Part shown: positions 19,613-28,720 of the stretch, piece after piece
Numbering within the stretch: the first letter of the stretch is position 1
How the letters are laid out: the number at the start of each line of letters is the position of its first letter
NCBI GenBank assembly: GCA_963662265.2
Contig: CAXXHA010000010.1
Span: 64,001 to 128,000, forward strand
Length of the DNA stretch: 64,000 bases
Reading direction: 5' to 3'
Source: Spirochaetia bacterium
Lineage (GTDB): Bacteria; Spirochaetota; Spirochaetia; CADAEX01
The notes under the pieces: generated by a model
The model's input: the letters and a program-made list of their open reading frames with translations, nothing else
What the model was told of the DNA's origin: nothing
Databases searched by the model: none
Made by a program: the position numbers and the translations under genes

Positions 19613-20638
19613 TTATTTCATTTCAAAAATGTTGGAAAACTCTTCACGAAGGTATGATCTGTTTTCGCTCAGATATACAAGATCAAGGTCCAGAAGTTTA
19701 ATTTCATCAAGTGCAGGAGCTCCTTCCGGTACGCCTACACTGTTTTTCACAGGTATATAACCCTGGGCAACAAACATTTTCTGGCATTCCTCTGACAAAA
19801 GGAAATCAATGACTTTTTTAGCAGAGTCCTGAACTTTTGATGTTGAAATAATACCTACAGGAGTAGGGATCAGAGCCGCACCTTCTGAAGGCCATACAGA
19901 TTTAACAGGTGATCCTTCATTTTCAGCATTTCTTGCCATAAAATCGACAACAGAAATTGCCCAGTATTCTCCGCTTGAAACCTTGCTTGTAAGCTTTCCG
20001 TTGGAGAGTTCAAATTTACATTCATTGCCTTTAAGAGATTTGTAATAATCCCAACCCAGTCCCTGGTTATCAACAAGCTGTGAAAGTGTCAGAAATGCTG
20101 CTCCTGAGTAGTTTGGATTGGCAATTGCAGCCTTGCTTTTCAGATTTGAATTGTATAAATCATGCCATGAAACAAGAGGATCTGAAACTTTTAAAGTATT
20201 ATATGCAAGTACATTAAAAATCTGTCTTACTTCATAAAATTTCCCATCATTATATTTATAACGGGGATCAAGATCCTTAGCTTCAGGTGAATCATATTTC
20301 ACAAGAAGATTTTTTGAATCAAGCTTTGAAAAATAATCAACATCAGCAAACCAGATAAGGTCTGCCTGAGTTTCCCCGGTTTCAAGCTCTGCTTCTATCT
20401 TTGAGACAACTGCACCAGTTCCTGATCTGAAAATATTAACAGTAATATCAGGATTGCTCTTTGAAAAAACATTCATCATCTCATTTACCTTGTCCTGAGA
20501 CTCAGAAGTATAAAGATTGACAACAGTTGGTTCCGCAGAATCTGTTGATTTTTCCTCGCTGCTTCCCGCTGCTGACAGATTAATCACAGGCATCATGATT
20601 AGCACAGCAAACAAGCAAACTACAGTCACACGTTTCAT
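19613..20638 (-). CDS. ABC substrate-binding protein (AfuA/FbpA-like; phosphorylated-solute or iron class)
   Basis: Spirochaete-style signal (LSAAG), VNLYTS, FRSGTG.V..K..AE, SW.DL, IANP.YSG, WPSEGA..IP.P.GI, AK..IDFLLS. Confidence 0.88.
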   Translation of the reverse strand: MKRVTVVCLFAVLIMMPVINLSAAGSSEEKSTDSAEPTVVNLYTSESQDKVNEMMNVFSKSNPDITVNIFRSGTGAVVSKIEAELETGETQADLIWFADVDYFSKLDSKNLLVKYDSPEAKDLDPRYKYNDGKFYEVRQIFNVLAYNTLKVSDPLVSWHDLYNSNLKSKAAIANPNYSGAAFLTLSQLVDNQGLGWDYYKSLKGNECKFELSNGKLTSKVSSGEYWAISVVDFMARNAENEGSPVKSVWPSEGAALIPTPVGIISTSKVQDSAKKVIDFLLSEECQKMFVAQGYIPVKNSVGVPEGAPALDEIKLLDLDLVYLSENRSYLREEFSNIFEMK

Positions 20639-20695
20639 AAAAATTTTCTCCTTAAGTTATTTATAATTAAATCCCGATTAAACATTTTTCTGCTA

Positions 20696-21640
20696 TCAGG
20701 AATCAATTTCCATTATTTTTTCAACAGTTTCATCATCACTGATCAAAGTGTTGAACCATTCACCTTTTATCCCGGCAAGAATTGAACCGGCTTTTTCTTC
20801 TCCCCGCCCGACAGCAATTGCAGCAGGGATCTTTTTTATTTCTTCATGAGGAAGAGCAATAACCCTTTTATTAAGCGGGATATCAAGAATTCTTCCCTCT
20901 GAATCAAATTGCCATCCAAGGATGTCACCTTCAATTTTTTTATCTTCATTGTTTTTCAAATCTACAAATCCCCCTTCAACAAGGCTGGATTTTTCATTTC
21001 TGATAGTCCCTACACCGAATACAGCCATATCAAGATTGCTGCAGATATCAAAAACTTCTCGTATTGCTTTTTCATTAAAAAAGGATTCCCTTACTTCTTC
21101 ACTTCCCACAATCAGGGGTGCAGGACAATATACATAGGAACCGCCTATCTTTTCGGCCAGCTTCCTTACAAGATCTACTCCGTCATATTTGGGATCTTTA
21201 AGCGGTATATAGCCAGACATCTGCACAACTGTACTGTTTTCTAGAACAGTTTCCTGCATTATTGAAAACGCCCGGTAGAGAGTTCTTGATCTACCTATTC
21301 CGATATTTATTCCTGTTTTCAGATATGTAGTAATACACTGCGCTGCCAGATTCCCAAGCATTTTTTCTTTCAAGTCATGATGAACCATGTTTTTTGTATT
21401 AAGCAGATATACATCTTTAAGCTTATATCTGTCCTTAAATTCCCGTTCAAGCTGCCAGTTTCTCTTAAGTGCATAATTTACCCGAACATCAATAAGACCA
21501 ATATTCCTGCTTGTATCAAGCATCCGAGAAACCATTGATCTTGATTTCCCTATCATCTTTGCTATCTGGTCCTGATTCAAACCTTCTTCAAAATATAAAA
21601 CTGCTACCTGAGCCAGCAGATCCAGTCTTTCCTCTTCCAT
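20696..21640 (-). CDS. SorC/DeoR-family sugar-phosphate-binding regulator #1 (start moved to 21640)
   Basis: VAVLYFEEGLNQDQIA...GKSRSMVSRML HTH; IGIG.SRTL, PAPLIV, AVFGVG, FDSEG, K...I.A...G...N.LISD; GAGGGG SD before ATG 21640. Confidence 0.92.
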   Translation of the reverse strand: MEEERLDLLAQVAVLYFEEGLNQDQIAKMIGKSRSMVSRMLDTSRNIGLIDVRVNYALKRNWQLEREFKDRYKLKDVYLLNTKNMVHHDLKEKMLGNLAAQCITTYLKTGINIGIGRSRTLYRAFSIMQETVLENSTVVQMSGYIPLKDPKYDGVDLVRKLAEKIGGSYVYCPAPLIVGSEEVRESFFNEKAIREVFDICSNLDMAVFGVGTIRNEKSSLVEGGFVDLKNNEDKKIEGDILGWQFDSEGRILDIPLNKRVIALPHEEIKKIPAAIAVGRGEEKAGSILAGIKGEWFNTLISDDETVEKIMEIDS

Positions 21641-21655
21641 TTGCGCGCCCCTCGC

Positions 21656-21691
21656 ATTCACTATTGTGAATCTCAATTCATATATGTGAAT
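21656..21691. promoter_or_regulatory. Tandem palindromic operator, likely bound by SorC #1
   Basis: ATTCACTATTGTGAAT (21656-71) and ATTCATATATGTGAAT (21676-91), 20 bp centre to centre, lying between the promoter and the RBS. Confidence 0.75.
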
Positions 21692-21693
21692 TC

Positions 21694-21722
21694 ATGCTAA
21701 CGCATAATATTTCTGCTGTCAA
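21694..21722 (-). promoter_or_regulatory. Sigma70 promoter of the sorC#1-ABC-MBL-HAD-DXR-II operon
   Basis: Minus strand TTGACA(21722-17)-17 bp-TAGCAT(21699-94). Confidence 0.7.
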
Positions 21723-21942
21723 GTTTTTTTATTAAAATAAAAAGATTAGTTTTTCAGAATCAAGACAGTATTTTTAGAGTTTTTTTAATAGGTATAAAAA
21801 TCATTGAGACTTAAAAGACAGGTAGTTTAGTAAAAGTTTTTATATAATGAGGAGGTAATTCTATATTTTATAACAGCTTTATAAGCTTTATGGGAATCTC
21901 TGAAACCCGTTTTTGCCAGACTGAAAATTCCCCTGCAGCAGA

Positions 21943-22965
21943 TTAGTTGAAATTATCATTTACTACTGCAGTTAAAATATCACTCATACATGGGACCCAA
22001 TCAGAATTGGAATCACAAACAGATTCAACAACAGCCTCAATCGAACTTCTTTCAAAAGGAACACCTTTGATTTTCTTTACAAATTTATTGATCATTTCGG
22101 GATACAGACAGTCTGTAAATATAACAGCATCAAGTACTTCAGCATTCTTCACATCAAGATTAATTTCCACGGTACCCCATTCAAACCATTTTTCAAGCCT
22201 GTAATTAAAATCAGGACTTTTTTTATACACCCATTCCCAGCTTTTCATCAGCTCATAATAATCAATTAACCTGGGGGTTCTCTTTAAAACATTCAAATCA
22301 AGTATTTCTTTTTCACCAGAACCCCGGTATTCAAAAAATGTTTCAGTAATAACTCTTTCAAGAACTTCTGTATCGATTTCATTATTGTATTCATTAAGAT
22401 TCGCAACACGTGATTTGACAGATTTTATACCTTTTGATTCAAGCTTCTTCCTGTCGGGATTCAAATACATTGATAGCCGCTCAAGGTCAACATCAACAAG
22501 TAATGTTCCATGATGAAACGCCCTGTCTTTTGTCAATTTAAAAGCAGAACCAGAAATCTTTCTGCCTTCAACAAGAATATCATTCCTCCCCGAGACTTCC
22601 GCTTTGATTCCCAGTTTGGAAAGTGCCTGGATTATTATTTCAAAATTTCTCTCTTTGCTGTAATTGTCAACACCTGACATAAATGTGAAATTAAGATTTT
22701 TTCTGTCATGATAAACAGCGCCTCCCCCGCTCTGTCTGCGGGCAAGCTTAACATTATCTTTTTCCATAATTTCAAGCCTGCACTCTTTCCAGGGATTCTG
22801 ATAACGCCCTATTACAACAGTATCTGAATTCCTCCAGAGGTAGAGATAGTGCTTTTCAGGAGCAATATCATTAAATATCCAGTTTTCGATAGCAAGATTA
22901 AACCACGGGTTTTCTGTACCCGAATAAAATACTTTAGTTTCGATTTGTTTTTTTTCAGCTTCCAT
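21943..22965 (-). CDS. lplA: Lipoate-protein ligase A (start moved to 22965)
   Basis: NPWFNLA.E, LWRN.DTVVIGR.QNPW.EC, RRQSGGGAVYHD, GRND, RKISGSA, HHGTLL, KGIKSV.SRVANL. Confidence 0.95.
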   Translation of the reverse strand: MEAEKKQIETKVFYSGTENPWFNLAIENWIFNDIAPEKHYLYLWRNSDTVVIGRYQNPWKECRLEIMEKDNVKLARRQSGGGAVYHDRKNLNFTFMSGVDNYSKERNFEIIIQALSKLGIKAEVSGRNDILVEGRKISGSAFKLTKDRAFHHGTLLVDVDLERLSMYLNPDRKKLESKGIKSVKSRVANLNEYNNEIDTEVLERVITETFFEYRGSGEKEILDLNVLKRTPRLIDYYELMKSWEWVYKKSPDFNYRLEKWFEWGTVEINLDVKNAEVLDAVIFTDCLYPEMINKFVKKIKGVPFERSSIEAVVESVCDSNSDWVPCMSDILTAVVNDNFN

Positions 22966-22984
22966 AATTTTCAGTTCATATAAT

Positions 22985-23929
22985 TCAATCAAGTGAATTG
23001 AGTATCTTGAGCGCAGCAACTTCATCGGTTATTAATATATTTATCAATTCACCTTTAATAGCGGCATGAATAGCCGGTGCTTTATCCTTGCCGCAGGCTA
23101 CACCTATTCTCACAGGTATTTTTTTATAGTCGTCCATGCTTACACCAATAATCCGTTTATTGACAGATATATCAAGAATATTTCCCTCTTCATCAAAATG
23201 ATAACCGCAGATATGTCCCCTGGCTCCCTGCTCATATATCTCCCGTGCTTCTTCCGTAGACAGGTACCCGGCACGTACCAGAGCACTGCGCTCAGGGATA
23301 TCTGACGAAAGTCCAACAATAGCAATATCAAGCGAGGTTGTTTTTTTCACAGTATCCCTGACAGCAGGTTCTTCCATAAGCATATTTTTAAGCTCCTCTG
23401 TCTTCACCATAACAGGGGCATAGAGAGGATAATATTTCCCATTCAAACGGCGGGCAAGCGCCTGTGCCAATTCAGGACCATCATATGAAGGATCTCTGGC
23501 CCCAAGCCCTCCCATTAGCTGAACAACCTCTGCATCAACAATTTCAGATCTCTTCATCTGATTAACCATTTGATACAGTGTTGTTCCCCAGGATATACCT
23601 ATGCAAATTCGGTCCCTCAACATTGACGACAACACCGAAACAGCCTTCGCGCCTGCCTTGGCCATTGTCGTAGTAGAATCAGAGTCTGAGCGGGTCACAA
23701 AAACCTTATCAAGAGAAAACAGGTTTGCAAGCTTTTCCCCGAGAGCTGTTGAAAAATATGATTCATCCTGAATCCTTATTTCCACAATCCCCTCCTCCCT
23801 GCACTGTTTCAGCATAAGTGATACAGTCGGCCGGGAAATACTGAATTCTCTTGCTATTTCCTGTTGAGACAGCCCATCTATATAGTATCTCCGGGCAATA
23901 TCTATCAGATAATTTCGGTCCTTTTGCAT
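22985..23929 (-). CDS. SorC/DeoR-family regulator #2
   Basis: IARRYYIDGLSQQEIA..FSISRPTVS.ML HTH; IGISWGTTL, VVQLMGG, YAP, K..AI.AAIKG.LIN.LITDE. Confidence 0.93.
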   Translation of the reverse strand: MQKDRNYLIDIARRYYIDGLSQQEIAREFSISRPTVSLMLKQCREEGIVEIRIQDESYFSTALGEKLANLFSLDKVFVTRSDSDSTTTMAKAGAKAVSVLSSMLRDRICIGISWGTTLYQMVNQMKRSEIVDAEVVQLMGGLGARDPSYDGPELAQALARRLNGKYYPLYAPVMVKTEELKNMLMEEPAVRDTVKKTTSLDIAIVGLSSDIPERSALVRAGYLSTEEAREIYEQGARGHICGYHFDEEGNILDISVNKRIIGVSMDDYKKIPVRIGVACGKDKAPAIHAAIKGELINILITDEVAALKILNSLD

Positions 23930-23991
23930 ATATAATCCCTGTGAATATTTGGTATAATATTAACCTATAATAAAAACTATTCACTTACAAG

Positions 23992-25383
23992 TTATTTCTT
24001 ACCAGGAGGAAGATGTAGACAGCACCCGAGTGAATCTGCAGCAGCCTCCATAAGCGCTTCTGAAACTGTCGGATGGGCATGAACAATACCTGCCAGTTCA
24101 TTTACTGTTATCTCCATACTCATAAGAGAAGCAGCCTCATTAATTATCTCAGATGCTCCATCTCCCACAATATGAACCCCGAGTATTTCACCATAAACAG
24201 GATCGGAAATTATTTTTACAAAACCTTCACCAGCTCCCGATGCCAATGCTTTTCCATTGGCAGATAATGGGAAAAATCCAACAGAATATTTCCCCCCGGC
24301 AGCAGCTTCATCTTCTGTCAAACCAATCCCGGCAGCTTCAGGACTTGTATAAACAACAGAAGGCACATAACTGAGCGAAGAATCATCTTCAACGCGACCT
24401 TTCAATGCATGTTCTGCGGCAAACTCTCCCATCTTGAAAGCTGCATGAGCCAGCATTTTTCTGCCATTTATATCACCTGGAGCATAAACCCCCTTAATGC
24501 TGGTCTCCATATGATCATTGACAACAATCTTTCCTTTCTCAACAAGGATAGGCTGATCACCTGCGCATGAAAGATCAGCTTTTCTGCCGACAGAGAGCAG
24601 GATATTTTCATATTCCTTTTCTGTTTTATCATTAAATACAGCGCTAAGCCCCGAACCGGTCTCTTTCACTGCATCAACACTTCGTGAAGTCGCTATTCCA
24701 ATCCCGTGCTTTTCAAGCGAAGCCTTAATATGTTTCGATATATCCCGGTCCATAAAAGGAAGTATCCTGTCTCCCAGTTCAACTATATCGACATGGCATC
24801 CGAATGATGAAAATATCAGAGCCATTTCAACACCAATCACCCCGCCGCCTACAATAAGGAGTGATTCCGGAACATTATCAAGGTCAAGTATTTCATTGCT
24901 TGTTAATACCCGGCTGCTTTCAAATCCCGGAATATTCAGCCTTACAGCCTGGGAACCTCCCGCAAGGATGACAGACTTCCCTTCAATAATATCATTATTA
25001 TCGATAACAACCTTTCCATCACCTGCAAGTACCCCTGTACCCTTGAACAAAGCCACCTGGTTACTCTTGAGAAGCATTTCTACTCCGCTTGTGAGTTTTT
25101 TAACTATCTTATTTTTTTCTTTTACAGCTTTTTTCATATCAACAGAGACTTTTTTGCTTTCAAGGACTATCCCTCTTGCATCAGCCTTGCCAAGCTGGTT
25201 GATAATTTCAGCACTTTTCAGAAATGTCTTTGTGGGGATACACCCCCGGTTAAGACATGTCCCCCCCACAACATCTTTTTCCACAAGGGCAACTTTTCCC
25301 CCAATCCTGGCAGCTTTGATTGCGGAAATATATCCCGCAGGCCCGCCGCCAATTACTACAACATCGAACTTGTTTTTTTCCAC
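23992..25383 (-). CDS. lpdA: Dihydrolipoyl dehydrogenase, E3 (probable GTG start 25383)
   Basis: IGGGPAGY, GGTCLNRGCIPTK redox disulfide, GGGVIGVE, MLAHAA, HAHPTVSE. Confidence 0.95.
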   Translation of the reverse strand: MEKNKFDVVVIGGGPAGYISAIKAARIGGKVALVEKDVVGGTCLNRGCIPTKTFLKSAEIINQLGKADARGIVLESKKVSVDMKKAVKEKNKIVKKLTSGVEMLLKSNQVALFKGTGVLAGDGKVVIDNNDIIEGKSVILAGGSQAVRLNIPGFESSRVLTSNEILDLDNVPESLLIVGGGVIGVEMALIFSSFGCHVDIVELGDRILPFMDRDISKHIKASLEKHGIGIATSRSVDAVKETGSGLSAVFNDKTEKEYENILLSVGRKADLSCAGDQPILVEKGKIVVNDHMETSIKGVYAPGDINGRKMLAHAAFKMGEFAAEHALKGRVEDDSSLSYVPSVVYTSPEAAGIGLTEDEAAAGGKYSVGFFPLSANGKALASGAGEGFVKIISDPVYGEILGVHIVGDGASEIINEAASLMSMEITVNELAGIVHAHPTVSEALMEAAADSLGCCLHLPPGKK

Positions 25384-25397
25384 ACTGCTACCTCTTC

Positions 25398-26690
25398 TCA
25401 CAACATCATAAGAGGCAGTTCGAGATAGTCTTTTAAATGTTTCATAAAGACTGCCGCCTCTGCACCGTCAACAATTCTGTGATCATAAGTCAGACACAGC
25501 TGCATGACTTTTCGGCTTTCAACTTCACCATTTTCTTTAAGCTTAAGTGAGTCCTCTATCGCACAAACACCAAGTATTCCTGCTTCAGGAGGGTTAATTA
25601 TCGGGGTGAAAGATGTAATTCCAAACATACCCAAATTGGAAACTGTAAAGCTGCCGCCGCTCATTTCATCAGGAGACAATTTTCCATCTCTCCCTTTCCC
25701 GGCAATGTTTTTTGCACAGGCAGACAGTTCTGTAAGAGAATACTTTTCCGCTTCTCTGATTACAGGGACAACAAGCCCTCTTTCTGTAGCAACTGCCACG
25801 CCGAGATTTACACTGTCCTTCAATATCAGTTCTGTATTATTAAAAACAGAATTCAGCTTGGGATATTTTTTCAATGCCTTTACAACAGCAAAAAGAATGA
25901 AATCATTAACAGAAAGCTTCATATTCAGCCGCCTGTTCAATTCACTTCTTGCTGTCAGCAGATCTGTTAAATCAGCCTTTATATTCTGTGTAACCGGGGG
26001 AATAGTCAGATGGCTCTCAAGCATACGCTTCCCGGTTATTTTCTGTATTCCGGTCAGAGGCATATGTGAATTAAATTCATCTGAAACCTTTTCAAGGCTG
26101 TTGCCCCTGCTTCCTGTATCAAGGTCTCTTGCAAATATTTTCCCGGAATATCCGCTTCCGCTAATATCCCCGGGTGATATATTATTAGCTTCCATTATTT
26201 TTTTGGCTAAAGGTGTAGACTTCAGAGAAACAGCAGTAACATCCTTTTTCAGTATTTCACCCCATTTACCTGTTCCTTCTATATTATTAAGCTCTATTCC
26301 TTTTTCTTCTGCCGCCTTACGGGCTGCCGGTGTTGCCTTTATCCTGCAAGTTTTATCAGTCATCCTGCTTTCAGAAGAGATCACCTTTTTTACAGGCTCT
26401 TCATTCTTTTCCTCATCAGCTGCATCATCACTTTTTTCCGGTATTTTTTCCCCGGCTTCTCCAATCCAGGCAATTACTTCTGTTACCGGGACAACAGCTC
26501 CTTCATCAGAAAGTATTTTCAGAATTGTCCCGTCATAATCAGCCTCTAATTCCATTACAGACTTATCAGTCTCAATCTCAGCAACTGCTTCGCCCTTATC
26601 AACAGTATCTCCTTCATTTTTCAGCCACTTGATAAGAGTTCCCTCTTCCATAGCCATACCTGTCTTGGGCATAATAATAGGTTTTGCCAT
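25398..26690 (-). CDS. Dihydrolipoamide acyltransferase, E2 (AcoC/PdhC-like)
   Basis: Lipoyl domain ETDKS, two subunit-binding repeats (ATPAARK, STPLAKK), catalytic DHRIVDGA. Confidence 0.95.
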   Translation of the reverse strand: MAKPIIMPKTGMAMEEGTLIKWLKNEGDTVDKGEAVAEIETDKSVMELEADYDGTILKILSDEGAVVPVTEVIAWIGEAGEKIPEKSDDAADEEKNEEPVKKVISSESRMTDKTCRIKATPAARKAAEEKGIELNNIEGTGKWGEILKKDVTAVSLKSTPLAKKIMEANNISPGDISGSGYSGKIFARDLDTGSRGNSLEKVSDEFNSHMPLTGIQKITGKRMLESHLTIPPVTQNIKADLTDLLTARSELNRRLNMKLSVNDFILFAVVKALKKYPKLNSVFNNTELILKDSVNLGVAVATERGLVVPVIREAEKYSLTELSACAKNIAGKGRDGKLSPDEMSGGSFTVSNLGMFGITSFTPIINPPEAGILGVCAIEDSLKLKENGEVESRKVMQLCLTYDHRIVDGAEAAVFMKHLKDYLELPLMML

Positions 26691-26704
26691 TATTCCTGTA
26701 TCTC

Positions 26705-27685
26705 CTATAATATACTGTTGATTTCTTCTTTGATTTTATCCTCTGTGGGAACAACCTGGGCTTCCAGATTGGGGTTGTAGGGAATAGGAACGTCCAGCCC
26801 CCCCAGCCTTTTCACAGGAGCATCCAGATAAAAAAATGCATCGCTTTCCGCAACAACACTGGCAAGTTCCGCTCCATACCCGCATGTCTGGCAAGCTTCA
26901 TAGACAACAAGGACTTTACCTGTTTTTTTCACAGACTCAATTATTGCTTCCTTATCAAGAGGAACAAGCGTTCTGATATCTATAACCTCAATTTCAGTGC
27001 CATTTGCAGCAAACTCTTCAGCAATTGAAAGACATCTGGGAACCATCCGTCCATAAGTTACTATAGTAAGGTCTGAACCAGCTCTCTTCACATCCGCCTT
27101 TCCAAGCGGTACTACATAATCATCATCCTCTTCTGGAACCTCCCCCTTTGTCCTGTACAACAGCTTCTGTTCGAGAAACACTACAGGATTATTGTCTCGG
27201 ATTGCTGATTTAAGAAGTCCTTTTGCGTCATAAGGAGTAGAGGGGATTACAACTTTAAGTCCCGGAACATGAGAAACCCAGGCTTCAAGACTCTGGCTGT
27301 GCTGCTCGGCTGCCCCTGTACCGGATCCTCCCGGAGCCCTGAGAACCATGGGAACAGCGCCCTGACCTCCAAACTGGAACCTGTTTTTTGCTGCCTGGTT
27401 TGCAAGCTGTTCAAGAGCCAGCGTAATAAAATCGCTGAACATGATCTCGACAATTGGTCTCATTCCAGTCATTGCAGCTCCTGCCGCGCAACCTGTTATT
27501 GCAAGTTCGGATATAGGTGTATCAATAATTCTTTCATCGCCGAATTCCTCGAACATTCCTCTGGAAACACCGAATGCTCCCCCGTAAATCCCTACATCTT
27601 CCCCCATAAGAACAATATTATTATCTTTTCTCATTTCTTCGCTCATTGCTTCGTTTACAGCCTGAGCATATGTTATCTCTCTCAT
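26705..27685 (-). CDS. TPP-dependent dehydrogenase E1 beta (AcoB/PdhB-like)
   Basis: [42 protein letters not shown]. Confidence 0.95.
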   Translation of the reverse strand: MREITYAQAVNEAMSEEMRKDNNIVLMGEDVGIYGGAFGVSRGMFEEFGDERIIDTPISELAITGCAAGAAMTGMRPIVEIMFSDFITLALEQLANQAAKNRFQFGGQGAVPMVLRAPGGSGTGAAEQHSQSLEAWVSHVPGLKVVIPSTPYDAKGLLKSAIRDNNPVVFLEQKLLYRTKGEVPEEDDDYVVPLGKADVKRAGSDLTIVTYGRMVPRCLSIAEEFAANGTEIEVIDIRTLVPLDKEAIIESVKKTGKVLVVYEACQTCGYGAELASVVAESDAFFYLDAPVKRLGGLDVPIPYNPNLEAQVVPTEDKIKEEINSIL

Positions 27686-27695
27686 CTATATCTCC

Positions 27696-28655
27696 TTAAT
27701 CTGCAAAAACATCATCAAAAATATTTTCTATTTTTGGCTCAGGACTTTTTTCTGCATACTCGACAGCATCTTCAACATCTTTTGCAGCTTTCTTATCAAG
27801 CTCATCCAGTTCCTTATCAGTCAGAATTTTCCCGGAAACAAGATATTTCCTGTACCGTTTTATCGGACATTTCTTCTTCCATTCATTAACTTCTTCTTTT
27901 GTTCTGTAAAGCTGGGAATCACTTTTTGAATGCCCCATCCAGCGGTAAGTATTGAGAACCATCAGCATCGGTCCGTTTTCAAGAACATATTCCCGGCCTT
28001 TCTTTGTTTCTTCATATATAGTCATGATATCGTTTCCATCAAGGGAAACACCTTTCATCCCATAGGAAGAAGCCCTTACAGCTATATCCTTTATATTCAT
28101 TGATTTTGAAATGCTGGTCGACATTCCATAATAGTTATTTGTACATACAAAAATCACAGGCAATTTCCAGACTGATGCCAGATTCAGTGATTCATGAAAA
28201 GCCCCTTCATTGGTTGCTCCGTCGCCGAAAAAAGAAACTGTAATATTTTTTGTTTTTCGATACTTCTGTGAAAAAGCAGATCCTGTAGCTATCGGGATTC
28301 CCCCTCCGACTACTCCGTTGGCGCCAAGAGATCCTACAGAGAAATCAGCAATATGCATGCATCCCCCTTTCCCTTTGCAGTAGCCAGTTTCCTTTCCAAG
28401 AAATTCCGCCATCATCCTTTTGATATCCATCCCCTTTCCAATTCCCTGATTATGTCCTCTGTGGGTCTGAGTTATCAAATCTTCTTTTTCAAGAGCTGAA
28501 CACACTCCTACACCGGTTGCTTCCTCTCCTATGCAAAAATGAGCAGTCCCATGTACTTTGCCCTGAACAAATAAACGGGCAGCTGTTTCCTCAAATTCCC
28601 TGGTCTGCATCATTTTTAAATATAATTCTTTATGTTTTTCAACAGGAAGATCCAT
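27696..28655 (-). CDS. TPP-dependent dehydrogenase E1 alpha (AcoA-like)
   Basis: HGTAHFCIGEEA, THRGH, GKGGCMH, TPP motif GDGATNEG.FHESLN...W.LP..F...NN, TYRWMGHSKSD; AGGAG SD. Confidence 0.93.
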   Translation of the reverse strand: MDLPVEKHKELYLKMMQTREFEETAARLFVQGKVHGTAHFCIGEEATGVGVCSALEKEDLITQTHRGHNQGIGKGMDIKRMMAEFLGKETGYCKGKGGCMHIADFSVGSLGANGVVGGGIPIATGSAFSQKYRKTKNITVSFFGDGATNEGAFHESLNLASVWKLPVIFVCTNNYYGMSTSISKSMNIKDIAVRASSYGMKGVSLDGNDIMTIYEETKKGREYVLENGPMLMVLNTYRWMGHSKSDSQLYRTKEEVNEWKKKCPIKRYRKYLVSGKILTDKELDELDKKAAKDVEDAVEYAEKSPEPKIENIFDDVFAD

Positions 28656-28692
28656 TTTATTCTCCTTTACATGTGTGTTACGTTATATCCAT

Positions 28693-28720
28693 ATATTACC
28701 ATTTTCTTTTTATTTGTCAA
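28693..28720 (-). promoter_or_regulatory. Promoter of the TPP-dehydrogenase operon
   Basis: Minus strand TTGACA(28720-15)-16 bp-TAATAT(28698-93) with a TG extension; palindrome TAACATATGTTA at 28744-55 upstream. Confidence 0.55.

Noticed and set aside
16658-20638. Ferric iron uptake system
   Set aside because: Family membership alone suggests it, but the SorC operator, the linked phosphatase and phosphodiesterase, and the lack of an evident Fur box argue against. Not fully excluded.
25504-26538. 344-aa plus-strand ORF antisense to E2
   Set aside because: Ser/Phe/Ile-rich shadow frame of a well-conserved gene with no motif. The same applies to 6415-7017, 24896-25411, 27269-27889, 30512-31180, 41791-42324 and the other short antisense ORFs.
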